Program-made: the position numbers and the translations under genes | Shown here: one piece after another, positions 35,970 to 44,972 of the stretch | Numbering within the stretch: the first letter of the stretch is position 1 | How the letters are laid out: each line of letters begins with the position of its first letter | Assembly: GCA_038878295.1 (NCBI GenBank) | Contig: JAVZVY010000001.1 | Location: 42,163-106,162, forward strand | Direction: 5' to 3' | Length of the DNA stretch: 64,000 nucleotides | Source: Candidatus Micrarchaeaceae archaeon | Lineage (GTDB): Archaea; Micrarchaeota; Micrarchaeia; Micrarchaeales; CABMGC01 | The notes under the pieces: model-generated | Seen by the model: only the letters and a program-made list of their open reading frames with translations | Told to the model about the DNA's origin: nothing | Databases searched by the model: none

Positions 35970-36980
35970 CTACTTCACAAGCAGCAAAAATATTGCCGCT
36001 ATGTTTATTATCGCAAGGGGAGACAGCCACATCCATCCCAGTCTGAGGATGCGGTCTATCCTCATTCTTGCTGTTGCAACCCTTATCAGTATAACAAATA
36101 ATGCTATTATGAAAACCTTAATAAAGAGCCATACTATTCCTGGAAGAAGCGGGCCGAGCCAGCCTCCAAAAAAGAAGATTGCTATGAGCATGCTCCCAAG
36201 AAGCATTCTCGTGTAGTCGACAAACAGGCCGAAGCCGTAATACGGCGAGCTTACGTCGGTAAGCCAGCCAGCTATAAGCTCAGAATCGGCTTCCCTTACG
36301 TCAAAAGGCGGCCTTTCGAATTCGGCAAGCATTGCGACGAAGAACACAAATAGGCTTATAGGCGCGAAGATGAAAAAATAGCCGGAGCTCTGCATGCTTA
36401 CTATTGTTTGGAAATTGTAGCTGTTAGCAAGCAGTATTACCGAAGCGATAGCAAGCAGCATCGGCATCTCGTAAGCTATAAGCACGAGTATCGACCTTTG
36501 GGCGCTTATCGCCCCGAATTTGTTGCCGCTGGAGAAGCCCGCAAGGAATATGAACACCGGCATAAATGATATCACTACGAAGACCAGAAGCACTCCAAGG
36601 CTGATGCTTGAGGCTGCCACACCCTGCGAGAATGGGATTATTGCAACAAGAAAAATAAGCAGCGACAGCACTATTGGAATGGATACCGGAAACAATATCC
36701 GGTCTGCGCTGTCTGGCTGGATGTGCTCTTTTGAGAACAGTTTGAGAACGTCGGCAAGATTCTGGAGTATGCCGAATTTGCCCACGTATGTAGGACCGTG
36801 CCTCGACTGTGTCTTTGCCACTACCTTTCTTTCAACCCATCCGAAAGTGTAATCGAAAACCGCTATCACAATAAAAATGGCTATGAAGTAAAGAACGAGC
36901 GATATTATTTCCGTTGCGAGGCTTGAGCTACTTATGCCAATGATTCTTGAAACCGCGCTTTCGATGCTATCTATCAACAT
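35970..36980 (-). CDS. nuoH: NADH-quinone oxidoreductase subunit H
   Basis: 336 aa. QSRHGPTYVGKFGILQNLADVLKL and FERPPFDVREADSELIAG motifs. Confidence 0.92.
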   Translation of the reverse strand: MLIDSIESAVSRIIGISSSSLATEIISLVLYFIAIFIVIAVFDYTFGWVERKVVAKTQSRHGPTYVGKFGILQNLADVLKLFSKEHIQPDSADRILFPVSIPIVLSLLIFLVAIIPFSQGVAASSISLGVLLVFVVISFMPVFIFLAGFSSGNKFGAISAQRSILVLIAYEMPMLLAIASVILLANSYNFQTIVSMQSSGYFFIFAPISLFVFFVAMLAEFERPPFDVREADSELIAGWLTDVSSPYYGFGLFVDYTRMLLGSMLIAIFFFGGWLGPLLPGIVWLFIKVFIIALFVILIRVATARMRIDRILRLGWMWLSPLAIINIAAIFLLLVK

Positions 36981-38061
36981 CAGCCATCACCAAATCCAAG
37001 CTCCCAAGAATAGCGAAAAGATCCGCAAGCCTGTTTCCCTTTGCGAGATAAGGCAGCACAGAAAGGTTTATGAAAGGCGCAGACCTAAGCGCTATCCGGT
37101 AAGGCTTTTGCTTGTCAGTAACGAGGTAAGCCATTCCTTCGCCCCTCGGAAGCTCCCTGTATGAAATCGCAACTTGTTTCTTTGGGCTTGGTATTATCAG
37201 CTTTATTCTTGAACCCCGCGCGTCGCCTGCCGGAATCTTTTTGAGAGCTTCCCTGACCAGCTTGATGCTTTCTTTCATCTCCTTCATCCTTACCTTGTAT
37301 CTTGCAAAAGAATCTCCAGCAATCTCAACTTGGGGTTCGAAATGCAATTTGCTGTAAACATAATATGGCCTTGCGCTTCTTACGTCGTATGCTACGCCAG
37401 AGCCTCTCAGCACAGGCCCTGTAACGCCGTATTCTATAGCATCCTTTCTGCTCAGTATGCCGACTTTTCGCGTCCTCTCCAAAAAAACCGGGTTCTTTTC
37501 CAGAAATTGCTCGTATTCTTTTATCTTTTTCTCAACCGAATCAAGAGTGGCTAAAGCATGCTCCTCAAACCCAGGAGGCAAATCGTACAGCACGCCACCA
37601 AGGCGGATGTTCACGTAGAACATCCTGCTTCCAGCGGCTTCTTCAAGCAGCGAAAGAACTTTGTCTCTTTCGCGCATCGTCCATATGAAAAGCGTGAACA
37701 TCACTCCTATGTCGTTGGCCATTGTACCCAACCAAAGCAAGTGACTCGCGATTCTCTGAAGCTCGAGCATGATTACTCTTACGTACTGTGCCCTTTCGTT
37801 GACGCTGATGCCCATAGCGTCCTCAAGCGCTGCAACATAAAGCTCAGGGTAAGCCATTGGCGCCGCATAGTCTATCTTTTCCAAGTAGACTATGTTCTGC
37901 ATGTACATTCTGTTTTCCATGAGCTTCTCCACACCCCTGTGAAGGAAGCCTATATGCGGTTCGACGTTGACTATCGTGTCGCCGTCTACGTCAACTACGA
38001 GCCTGAGCACTCCGTGCGTGCTCGGGTGCACGGGGCCGATGTTGATTCTTGTAACGGTCAT
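36967..38061 (-). CDS. nuoD: NADH-quinone oxidoreductase subunit D
   Basis: Start moved to ATG 38061 (MTVTRINIGPVHPSTHGVLRL), 4 nt after the nuoC stop. The ORF-track start at 38124 would overlap nuoC by 59 nt. Confidence 0.92.
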   Translation of the reverse strand: MTVTRINIGPVHPSTHGVLRLVVDVDGDTIVNVEPHIGFLHRGVEKLMENRMYMQNIVYLEKIDYAAPMAYPELYVAALEDAMGISVNERAQYVRVIMLELQRIASHLLWLGTMANDIGVMFTLFIWTMRERDKVLSLLEEAAGSRMFYVNIRLGGVLYDLPPGFEEHALATLDSVEKKIKEYEQFLEKNPVFLERTRKVGILSRKDAIEYGVTGPVLRGSGVAYDVRSARPYYVYSKLHFEPQVEIAGDSFARYKVRMKEMKESIKLVREALKKIPAGDARGSRIKLIIPSPKKQVAISYRELPRGEGMAYLVTDKQKPYRIALRSAPFINLSVLPYLAKGNRLADLFAILGSLDLVMADVDR

Positions 38062-38065
38062 TTGC

Positions 38066-38428
38066 TCAAACCCTGTATTTAGAGCCCCAAGCAAAGCTTT
38101 TTCTAAGCGGGGCATCGACGCCATCCCACTTTTCGAGCAGAAGGCGCTTTGTATTTCTGCCTTCTATCAATATGCCGAACATTTCGTGCAGCTCTCTTTC
38201 ATACCAGTCAGCGGCTTTGTAAATTGGCACTATCGTAGGCACGGAAAGGTCTTCGTTTGGCAAATCTACTTCAACGATTTCATCCTTTCTCTTTTCTATG
38301 TCTCTCAGGAAATACAATACCTGGACATGATCTTGATAATCAACTGCGGTTATCTTGACTAGGTATGAGAAGCCTTTGGCTTTAAGCTCATTTATGGCTT
38401 CTATAACATTGCCTCTTTCAACTTTCAT
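38066..38428 (-). CDS. nuoC: NADH-quinone oxidoreductase subunit C (short form)
   Basis: 120 aa. [19 protein letters not shown]. Overlaps the nuoB end by 11 nt. Confidence 0.85.
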   Translation of the reverse strand: MKVERGNVIEAINELKAKGFSYLVKITAVDYQDHVQVLYFLRDIEKRKDEIVEVDLPNEDLSVPTIVPIYKAADWYERELHEMFGILIEGRNTKRLLLEKWDGVDAPLRKSFAWGSKYRV

Positions 38429-38972
38429 TCCTCTTCACCTTTTCCTGAAGCTTCATCAGGGCTTCGAACAGATTCTCAGGCCTTGGCGGACAGCCGCCTA
38501 CATAAACGTCAACTGGGAGAATCTGGTCTATACCTTCTATTATATTGTAGCTTTCGAACCATGGCCCTCCAGAGGTGGCGCATTCGCCGTATGCTATCAC
38601 ATATTTTGGGCTAGACATCTGCTCGTAAAGCCGTTTCATTTCAGGCGCCACAGATTTTGTTACCCAGCCTGCAACTATCATGACATCGCACTGCCTAGGG
38701 CTTGCCCTGAATAGAAGGTAGCCCTTGCGCTCGGCATCAATCCTTGCTGAGCCGAAGTCCATAAGCTCCATGGCGCAGCATGCGAGCCCGAACTGCATGG
38801 GCCAGAGAGAATTCGACCTCGCCCAGTTTAGAGGACCGCTTGCCGCAGCTTTTGCAAAATCAGAAAGCTTCAAGAAGAATGCGCTCTTTTTTGGTTTGTA
38901 TGTCTTGAGAGATTCCAGCACGAGCCTGTCCATCTCCTGTTTCGCATTTTCGAATCTTGTCTCTTCGTCCAT
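38418..38972 (-). CDS. nuoB: NADH-quinone oxidoreductase subunit B
   Basis: 184 aa. [28 protein letters not shown] (cluster N2 ligands). Confidence 0.93.
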   Translation of the reverse strand: MDEETRFENAKQEMDRLVLESLKTYKPKKSAFFLKLSDFAKAAASGPLNWARSNSLWPMQFGLACCAMELMDFGSARIDAERKGYLLFRASPRQCDVMIVAGWVTKSVAPEMKRLYEQMSSPKYVIAYGECATSGGPWFESYNIIEGIDQILPVDVYVGGCPPRPENLFEALMKLQEKVKRNES

Positions 38973-38977
38973 TTATG

Positions 38978-39334
38978 TCACCTCTCGCGCATATGAGCGA
39001 TTGCCATGGCTAACACTGAAAAAAATGCGGCCATGATCAGAAGGGCTATAACAGCAATGCCGTCCGCAAAGGTCATGCTTCTTGCTATAGACGCCCAGAT
39101 AAGCGTTACAATGGCCACTATTTCAAAGCCGAGAAATACTGGAAAGTAATGGGCGTATTCGAAAGGCATGCTTACGGTTTCGCCTATGCTTCCTTCTGCA
39201 CTCTCGTAGCTCGAGTTCTTTACGGGATTGCCTTCGCTCTCACGCCTTACAAGTTTTGAAAACAGGAGCAATGCGAATATTACCGCAAATGAACAAACAG
39301 CCATGACCGCAACTGCGAGGTAGCTATTTATCAT
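38978..39334 (-). CDS. nuoA: NADH-quinone oxidoreductase subunit A
   Basis: 118 aa, three TM helices. Loop YESAEGS occupies the place of the usual YECG. First gene of the operon. Confidence 0.8.
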   Translation of the reverse strand: MINSYLAVAVMAVCSFAVIFALLLFSKLVRRESEGNPVKNSSYESAEGSIGETVSMPFEYAHYFPVFLGFEIVAIVTLIWASIARSMTFADGIAVIALLIMAAFFSVLAMAIAHMRER

Positions 39335-39370
39335 GGTTCTAATATGGGAATATACTTATTTAAATTTGCC

Positions 39371-39667
39371 ATGAATCAAGATAGTAATGGGTGCACTTTC
39401 GTGCTTTTGAGCAAAGAAGCGGAATATGCACTGAAAAACAGAAGTATAAAGATAAGGGTCAAGAGAAGCGGCATATTCCAGCAAATCACATTCAACGTTA
39501 GAAGAGTAAATGAGGCAAACATTGTGTTTACCGAGCTCTTTACTGAAAGGATTATAGATACCTCGGAGCTGCTGAGAGTCGCAAAGGAGATTGGACTTCC
39601 TGTAGAAGCGCCGAATGGCAGGGCTTTTCCTCCAGGCACTTCGGCTAGCGATTTTGTGGCTATTTAG
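39371..39667 (+). CDS. Hypothetical protein (98 aa)
   Basis: Divergent from nuoA. ATG 39371 is preferred over 39344, which lies only 9 nt from the nuoA start. No motif recognised. Confidence 0.4.
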   Translation: MNQDSNGCTFVLLSKEAEYALKNRSIKIRVKRSGIFQQITFNVRRVNEANIVFTELFTERIIDTSELLRVAKEIGLPVEAPNGRAFPPGTSASDFVAI

Positions 39668-39819
39668 CTGCTCATTTGATGCTTGCCCGCTTTGCACGCT
39701 GTGCAGATACCAAGTTTTGAATCGAAATGATCGTCGCAAACACGCCTGCCGCAAAGCCTGCAGGTATGCTTTGCTGGTTTAATATGGCAGATGTCGCAGA
39801 GCACGCCGAGGTCACTCAT
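39664..39819 (-). CDS. 51-aa Cys-rich zinc-finger protein (HIT-like cross-brace spacing), not in the ORF track
   Basis: MSDLGVLCDICHIKPAKHTCRLCGRRVCDDHFDSKLGICTACKAGKHQMSS. Pattern C-x2-C-x8-C-x2-C-x4-C-x2-H-x7-C-x2-C. Its ATG overlaps the stop of the upstream PriL-like gene (AAATGA), suggesting translational coupling. Confidence 0.55.
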   Translation of the reverse strand: MSDLGVLCDICHIKPAKHTCRLCGRRVCDDHFDSKLGICTACKAGKHQMSS

Positions 39820-40763
39820 TTTGTATCACCAAACATGTCGCCCAGTAGCTCTTTCGCCCTTTTCAGCGAAAGGGGCTTCAGGCCACGCTTCTTCGAATAG
39901 GAGCATTGGTATTTTATGTAGCTTTCTGTTATGTTTGTATTAGGATTAAGCTCCTTGCACCTTTCTATGTACTTGCTTATTATCTCTGCGGCCTGTTCCT
40001 CGCTAAGTCTCTTCACGTTCACGAGATAAGGGGCGAGCACTATGTTAACTATCCTGTGCCTGAAATCAGGAAGCGGTGTATTGAGCAGGCGCTCTATCCA
40101 TGCATATCTGCCTGATTGCACCGAAGCAACCGGCTGATTGGCTACCGTTTCCAAAGCAATTTTACTTATCGATTTTGATGCGTTGACAACTTCTTTAGGA
40201 ATGCTTTTTTGGGGGATGGGCATGTTTTCCAGCATTTTATCCATAATCCTAATGCGCAGCAATTTCGCAAGTGCAGGTTTATCTAAGATCACCTTGCCAT
40301 TTGAGAGCATTTGATGCACTAAGGAAATTGAATCGTCGCGCTTTGATATCTCTATGTATTCGTAAAAAGGCATCTCGAAGTAAGTATGCCCGGTATAGGT
40401 GCCTTTGCTTATGTGCACTCCGAGTTCCTCAGAAAGATGCATGATGTTTTCTTCGCTTTCTTCCATCATGGCTGCATATGAACGTTCGGCTTCGAATGCA
40501 GCTAGTTTCTTTACTGCATACATGCCCAATGAGCTGGCTATCATGCGCGCATAGACGTAGCTTATCACATATGCGCTTTTTATTTCGTTGTATGATGTTT
40601 TTGTATATTCTGGATTCTGGCCATTCAATGCATTCTCTACTTCTATTGTACCGAGCTTCAAATGCTCTGGATTAATCCTGTTTATACCAAGGCTTTCTAT
40701 TAGCGCTTTGGCCTCTTCTGAAAATGGGTATTTGTATGCGAATTCTATAGCTTCGTTGTCCAT
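39816..40763 (-). CDS. priL: DNA primase large subunit PriL-like protein
   Basis: 315 aa. N-terminal YKYPFSEEAKALIE resembles the archaeal PriL N-terminus. C-terminal WIERLLNTPLPDFRHRIVNIVLAPYLVNVKRLSEEQAAEII resembles the PriL C-terminal domain as I recall it. Only two Cys in the whole protein. Confidence 0.5.
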   Translation of the reverse strand: MDNEAIEFAYKYPFSEEAKALIESLGINRINPEHLKLGTIEVENALNGQNPEYTKTSYNEIKSAYVISYVYARMIASSLGMYAVKKLAAFEAERSYAAMMEESEENIMHLSEELGVHISKGTYTGHTYFEMPFYEYIEISKRDDSISLVHQMLSNGKVILDKPALAKLLRIRIMDKMLENMPIPQKSIPKEVVNASKSISKIALETVANQPVASVQSGRYAWIERLLNTPLPDFRHRIVNIVLAPYLVNVKRLSEEQAAEIISKYIERCKELNPNTNITESYIKYQCSYSKKRGLKPLSLKRAKELLGDMFGDTK

Positions 40764-40788
40764 CTATATCAAATCAGTAGAGGCGCAT

Positions 40789-41529
40789 TCAGCCAATAAA
40801 CGTATCGAATACTTTTTTGTATGTATCCACAGTGCCTATGTCAAACCATCTTCCTTTGTATATGTAGCCTAGAACTTCAGTGTTTTTTATGAGCCACTCG
40901 ATAAAGTTTCCTATGCCGTCGCTGTTTGCCGAATTCTTTAGGTACAGGCCTATATATTTTATGCTATCTTTTGGAAATACGTATATTCCTGTGCTTATAA
41001 GCGTTGATTCTGGTTTTAGAGGTTTCTCAGCAAATGATGAGATTTTTTCGCCGTCAAGCTTGACGACACCAAACCTTTTTGCATCTTCTACAGATCCTAT
41101 GTCGTAGAGGGCTATTGTAGGCTTTCTGCTCTTTTCGGAGAAAAGTATTGCGTCCTTCACAGAAAAATCATAAACGTTGTCTCCGGCTATAACTAAAAGA
41201 TCATCGTTGATTTTTTCTTTTTCTATCGCGTATGCTATGCCTTTTACGGCACCATACTTTTCAGCGTTGCTTTTGGAAGGTTCGACAACCATGCTAACCT
41301 TTATGCCAGGGCTGTTAATGCGAAGGCTTAGCCAGTATTTGAATGCCCCTTCGAACTTAGAGTTTGTGCTTATTGTTATGTCGCTTATTCCAGATCTTAT
41401 TACGTCATTAAGAATGTATTCTATTATTGGTTTACCTCCTGCACCTATTGGAAGGAGGGGCTTTGGTATGAAGTATGTTATTGGCTCTAGCCTCGTTGCG
41501 AAGCCGCCGCAAAGTATAAGGGCTTTCAT
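40789..41529 (-). CDS. Sugar-phosphate nucleotidyltransferase
   Basis: 246 aa. MKALILCGGFATRLEPITYFIPKPLLPI signature and an LLVIAGDNVYD segment. Confidence 0.8.
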   Translation of the reverse strand: MKALILCGGFATRLEPITYFIPKPLLPIGAGGKPIIEYILNDVIRSGISDITISTNSKFEGAFKYWLSLRINSPGIKVSMVVEPSKSNAEKYGAVKGIAYAIEKEKINDDLLVIAGDNVYDFSVKDAILFSEKSRKPTIALYDIGSVEDAKRFGVVKLDGEKISSFAEKPLKPESTLISTGIYVFPKDSIKYIGLYLKNSANSDGIGNFIEWLIKNTEVLGYIYKGRWFDIGTVDTYKKVFDTFIG

Positions 41530-41597
41530 TCAATCATTTTTTATAGCTGTCCTTTCTATTTAATGTGTTTTGCATTTTTAAGCTTTGTTGTGTGGTT

Positions 41598-42488
41598 ATG
41601 CCTAATACAATTGTCGCTGTGCCGTTGGATAAGAGGCTTGCTGAGTTCATAGGTAAAAAGGGTAGCGAAAACAGCATAACGTTTTATAATAGGCATACTG
41701 ACAGCGGAGCCATAGTTGCGCTTATGCCAACCAGCATAGAAGAGAAATTTTATGCAGCTGCGGAGAGCATACTGGTTTCGAATGGTGTGATTTTAGGCAC
41801 TGAGAATGTTAATGCGGTTTTTGGAGAGATGCTTGTTGCAGCATCGTTGGCAAAGAAACCAGTGATTTTTGTAGGCAATGATAAAGTAAGCGAATTGGCG
41901 AAAAACGCAAAAATAGAAAATTTTGCTTATGCCAGCTTGGAAAGCTTGATCGATGAAATTGAAAAACTCAAAATTCCAGAGGGTAGAGGCAAACGTATCG
42001 ACATAGACAAGGCTTTCAAGGTTACTGGCGTAGGCACAGTTGCTTTGGGAGTTGTAACTTCTGGAAAGATAGCTGTCCATGACGAGCTTTACCATACTTC
42101 TGGAAAGAAGGTAACTGTAAAGTCTATACAGATTCAAGATGAGGATAAGAGCGAAGCCGAGGCTGGATCCAGAGTCGGGCTGGCACTGAAGAACATAGAA
42201 CCAGATGAGATAGAAAAGGGGGATTTGCTAACAGACAAAATTGTTGAAAGGCGTGATACGCTCAATGTGGAATTGAAGAAAAGCGAGTTCGGAAACGAAA
42301 GTATAGAAGAGGGAAAAACATTTATGTTTGCTTCGAATTTCTCATATGCCAGCGTTTCAGTAAAGGAAGCAAGCGGGGATGGCGCAAAGCTGCAACTGGA
42401 CAAGCCGCTGCCACTGATGCCTGGAGACAACTTCTTTCTGATAAGAGGAAAGGTGCCAAGGATATTTGCGTTCGGAAAAATCGTCTGA
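41598..42488 (+). CDS. EF-Tu/SelB-like protein with degenerate, P-loop-less G domain
   Basis: Start at ATG 41598. EF-Tu domain II is clear (FKVTGVGTVALGVVTSGKIAVHDELY..GKKVTVKSIQIQDEDKSEAEAGSRVGLALKNI..IEKGDLL). The N-terminal ~130 aa lack GxxxxGK[ST], DxxG and NKxD. Confidence 0.6.
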   Translation: MPNTIVAVPLDKRLAEFIGKKGSENSITFYNRHTDSGAIVALMPTSIEEKFYAAAESILVSNGVILGTENVNAVFGEMLVAASLAKKPVIFVGNDKVSELAKNAKIENFAYASLESLIDEIEKLKIPEGRGKRIDIDKAFKVTGVGTVALGVVTSGKIAVHDELYHTSGKKVTVKSIQIQDEDKSEAEAGSRVGLALKNIEPDEIEKGDLLTDKIVERRDTLNVELKKSEFGNESIEEGKTFMFASNFSYASVSVKEASGDGAKLQLDKPLPLMPGDNFFLIRGKVPRIFAFGKIV

Positions 42489-42500
42489 TATCGTGAAACT

Positions 42501-42977
42501 ATGAAAAGATGCATAGTTGCCGGGGCTGTGGTCTTCAATCCGAACGGAAGGCTGCTCCTAATCAGACATAGAAAACTTGGCATATGGGTTTATCCTGGCG
42601 GTCACCTGGAAGATGGCGAAAACCCAATGGAGTGCGCTAAAAGAGAAGTCAAGGAAGAAACCGGCATTGATATAAGGATTGTGGATCCTGTGCGCAGGCG
42701 GCGGATAAAATTTGATGGAGCTATAGTTGCGGAAAACCCGATGGCTGTAGTCATAGAAGATGTTCCCTACAAAACAGGCCATCACGAGCACTTTGACATA
42801 GTGTACCTCGCACTTTCGAAGGGGCCATGGAAAAACGCAAAGAATTCTGAGGGAAACAAAACGAGATGGCTTGGCAAAGAAGAGATAAAAAAACTAGAAA
42901 CATTCGAAAATGTGAAATTCGTAATAAAAGAGGCATTCTCTAGCTACGAACGTTTTATGCGCTCACAGCCTAGTTAA
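42501..42977 (+). CDS. NUDIX hydrolase
   Basis: 158 aa. Nudix box GGHLEDGENPMECAKREVKEETG. Confidence 0.88.
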   Translation: MKRCIVAGAVVFNPNGRLLLIRHRKLGIWVYPGGHLEDGENPMECAKREVKEETGIDIRIVDPVRRRRIKFDGAIVAENPMAVVIEDVPYKTGHHEHFDIVYLALSKGPWKNAKNSEGNKTRWLGKEEIKKLETFENVKFVIKEAFSSYERFMRSQPS

Positions 42978-44057
42978 CCACAGGAATTCAACAACAACCT
43001 CCACAACAATAAGGACTATTATTATCACTTCTAGGAGGTAGTTGGTTTCCTCTTGCACCATGTCCTCCACAAAACTTCTTATTTTCTCCAGCATTTCGAG
43101 GTTCTCGCTAAGCGAATTGTACCAGCTCTGCAGCCTGAAGCTCTCTGAGAAGAGGGAATAGAGCTTTGCAAGGTACCATTCGCCGAAGCCGTAGACTATG
43201 TTGTTTGCGCTGTTGACCATGTCCTTTGTTTCGTCGTAGAATTCGCCTATCTCGAGGCTGAGCCTGGCAAGGTTCTTCCTGGCCCCGAATATCTTAAATG
43301 GGTTCGACTTGACCGTGCTAGAAAACCTTTCGTTGACCGTCTTTATGCGCTTGCTTATGTCGTCATGGTAGGCCCTGAATTCGAGAAGCTGAATGTTCGC
43401 TATTTCTGCTATTAGAAGTTCGTGTTCGTAGTTTTTGCTCTCTGTTATGAATACTGTTGCGTCCCAATCTATTACGGCTATTTCGCTTTTGTAGTATGAG
43501 ATGCGTTTTGAAATTGTGCTCCTGAGGTACGATTCTGATATGTTTGCGTAGTTTTTATCTTCGAGAAGGAGGCCCGCAATAAGTCTCTTGTTCTTGCTGT
43601 AGAAAGACTCCTTGTCTGCGTCTATTACGTATATCCTGTAAGTCTCAAAGGCATCCTTGATTGTGGCATCTGCGGCTTTTTGTAGGGCTTTTTCGGTCCT
43701 TTGCTTCACATCTGATGCTATGCTTTTTATAGAATTATTGAAGTCTTGGTCGAAGGTAAGGTCCTCCAGAAGCGCAGCATTGGCCCCGGGAACCTGTACT
43801 CTTATTCTTACTGAAAATGCGCCTATTTCATATATTGATACTTCTCTTTTTACGGCAAGCTTTGTTGAGCCGAATGTTATCTCGGCTGCCTTGAGATTGA
43901 ATATTGTAGGAATGTTGAATGTGGCTATTTCCTCAGGAATGGCTTTTTCATGCTCATACGATGAAAAGTCCTCTGCGCCCTTGAATATATTCCTGACTTT
44001 GCTGGAATCCAGCTTTTTGCTCAAGTCGTATGCAAAAAGATATATTAGCTCGCTCAT
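42963..44057 (-). CDS. Hypothetical protein with C-terminal TM anchor (possibly RMD1/DUF155-like)
   Basis: Start set to ATG 44057, preceded by SD-like GGTGATC (44061..44067); the ORF-track GTG at 44066 lies inside that SD. C-terminal helix LLEVIIIVLIVVEVVVEFLWL. The family guess is weak. Confidence 0.5.
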   Translation of the reverse strand: MSELIYLFAYDLSKKLDSSKVRNIFKGAEDFSSYEHEKAIPEEIATFNIPTIFNLKAAEITFGSTKLAVKREVSIYEIGAFSVRIRVQVPGANAALLEDLTFDQDFNNSIKSIASDVKQRTEKALQKAADATIKDAFETYRIYVIDADKESFYSKNKRLIAGLLLEDKNYANISESYLRSTISKRISYYKSEIAVIDWDATVFITESKNYEHELLIAEIANIQLLEFRAYHDDISKRIKTVNERFSSTVKSNPFKIFGARKNLARLSLEIGEFYDETKDMVNSANNIVYGFGEWYLAKLYSLFSESFRLQSWYNSLSENLEMLEKIRSFVEDMVQEETNYLLEVIIIVLIVVEVVVEFLWLTRL

Positions 44058-44105
44058 TTTGATCACCGACCGGGGCGCGCATCCGCTATGATAGGAATAT
44101 GCACC

Positions 44106-44129
44106 GCAATCTATTAAATAGCTGATTGC
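44106..44129 (-). promoter_or_regulatory. TATA-like element embedded in an inverted repeat upstream of the 42963..44057 gene
   Basis: Minus strand GCAATC-AGCTATTTAATA-GATTGC, with 6-bp arms around TATTTAATA. Flanked by direct TGCACCGC copies (44100-44107 and 44127-44134). About 50-70 nt upstream of the start. Confidence 0.25.
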
Positions 44130-44574
44130 ACCGCGTGTATAGCACGAACATAAACTTCCCCACGAACGTTCAACTCGCGAAGAGACCTACCGGTATCCCA
44201 TAAAATAAACATTCTGAACGGCTTAAAATAAATGATAGAATATCAAAAAACTTTAATAAACGCGCTCCTCGTAGTATTGGCATTTCCTTATGCGTTTACT
44301 GTGGTAGTTGCATTTTTTTGGCATTGACAATCCGCAAAGCACATTGCTACAACGTGCAATTGGCTTGCTAATTTCGTTATCACCTATCATTATGATTGTT
44401 ATAGGACATGCTAGAAAAAGATGACTTTATGGGCAAAATCTAACTTTCTGAGCATGTGATACTTTACGAACAAATACCGCAAGAGGTTATGCATAAATAA
44501 GTCAATGTTGTGGTATATGCAGAAGCATATAAAGGAAGGGAAGAGGATTAAGGTTTATGGGAAAGGATTTTGCC

Positions 44575-44892
44575 TTAGAACGTGATTATCTCATAGCCTT
44601 CCTCTATGCTTTTTCTTATATATTCTCCTACTGGAATCAATTCAATGTCGCTCGAAAGTTTTGCATCCAGATTGTACTTTTTTGCGGAGTTCACGCAGGC
44701 CTTCGGCTTGACTGTCGCGAACGAATTGTATTCCTTTCGCAGCTGGTCGTTTGCGGCTAAAGTCTTTTCGCTTGGCCCCCAGAATATTACCCGTATTTCG
44801 TTCCCAGCTTGCGACTGGTTCTTAATAAAATTCAGGGGCATCCTTATCTTTTCCTCTTCCTCGCTCATTACTATTAGCAATATTTTTACCAT
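44575..44892 (-). CDS. DsrE-like protein (COG2044-like)
   Basis: 105 aa from ATG 44892 (MVKILLIVMSEEEE). Rossmann-like start and a single conserved-position Cys (KPKACVNSAKKYNL). Assigned by pattern only. Confidence 0.5.
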   Translation of the reverse strand: MVKILLIVMSEEEEKIRMPLNFIKNQSQAGNEIRVIFWGPSEKTLAANDQLRKEYNSFATVKPKACVNSAKKYNLDAKLSSDIELIPVGEYIRKSIEEGYEIITF

Positions 44893-44972
44893 ATTTACAC
44901 ACCGTATGTGCGTCGGCAAGGCTCGCTAGCAGCAAGAGCTGCCGGCAAGCGCCGCAGGCGCAGCTGTGGATT

